From positions 890,107-954,106 of the forward strand of contig JAWQFM010000005.1 in the NCBI GenBank assembly GCA_033442325.1: DNA of 64,000 nt. The letters run 5' to 3'. Numbering within the stretch: position 1 is the stretch's first letter; every line of letters begins with the position of its first letter. The position numbers were made by a program, and so were the translations under genes. The notes under the pieces were generated by a model. The model saw only the letters and a list, made by a program, of their open reading frames with translations, made no database searches and was not told where the DNA came from. Source of the stretch: Salpingoeca rosetta. Taxonomy: Eukaryota; Protista; Choanoflagellata. Below are positions 63,973 to 64,000 of this stretch, in pieces.

Positions 63973-64000
63973 TGTCTGTCTGTCTGTTTGTCTGGGTGTG
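61777..64000 (+). CDS. SLC35B3: PAPS transporter 2 (SLC35B3-like), 3' end beyond the window; an upstream exon is possible
   Basis: GVFGMYLCYSFVQELLFRQGFKPFGFYITLIQ|F…, LAFLTVVTMSCSNAALSYVSLPVQ|IIFKSCKLIPVM|VGGILIQRKRY, ALCADAVIGNVQEKVMK…EM|VFFSYSIG are diagnostic of SLC35B3/PAPST2. Confidence 0.9.

Overview
Gene-dense, intron-rich eukaryotic DNA. Short GT-AG introns are packed with (CA/GT)n microsatellites, and many exons encode acidic or poly-Q tracts. The style and gene content suggest a choanoflagellate such as Salpingoeca; this is an inference, not verified. Eleven spliced protein-coding genes were reconstructed by eye: PEX1 (-), proteasome ATPase RPT6/PSMC5 (+), MELK-like kinase (-), BRIX1 (+), an unknown single-pass membrane protein with a duplicated exon pair (-), a bacterial-type acyl-CoA dehydrogenase (-), a very large Pecanex (+), PP4 regulatory subunit 3/SMEK (-), a TauE/SafE-family membrane protein (+), UTP15 (-) and the PAPS transporter SLC35B3 (+, runs off the window). 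There is one assembly gap (10771-11160), preceded by about 440 bp of atypical, probably artefactual sequence. Two domain fusions stand out. (1) A complete, intronless, bacterial-looking Nudix hydrolase is encoded in the same exon and frame as the start of the PP4R3 EVH1 domain. (2) Pecanex carries one clear and two degenerate SH2 domains in its first large loop, plus many acidic Tyr motifs. All family assignments come from recalled motifs, not database searches. CDS coordinates are gene spans including introns. No rRNA, tRNA, CRISPR array or transposon was recognised.
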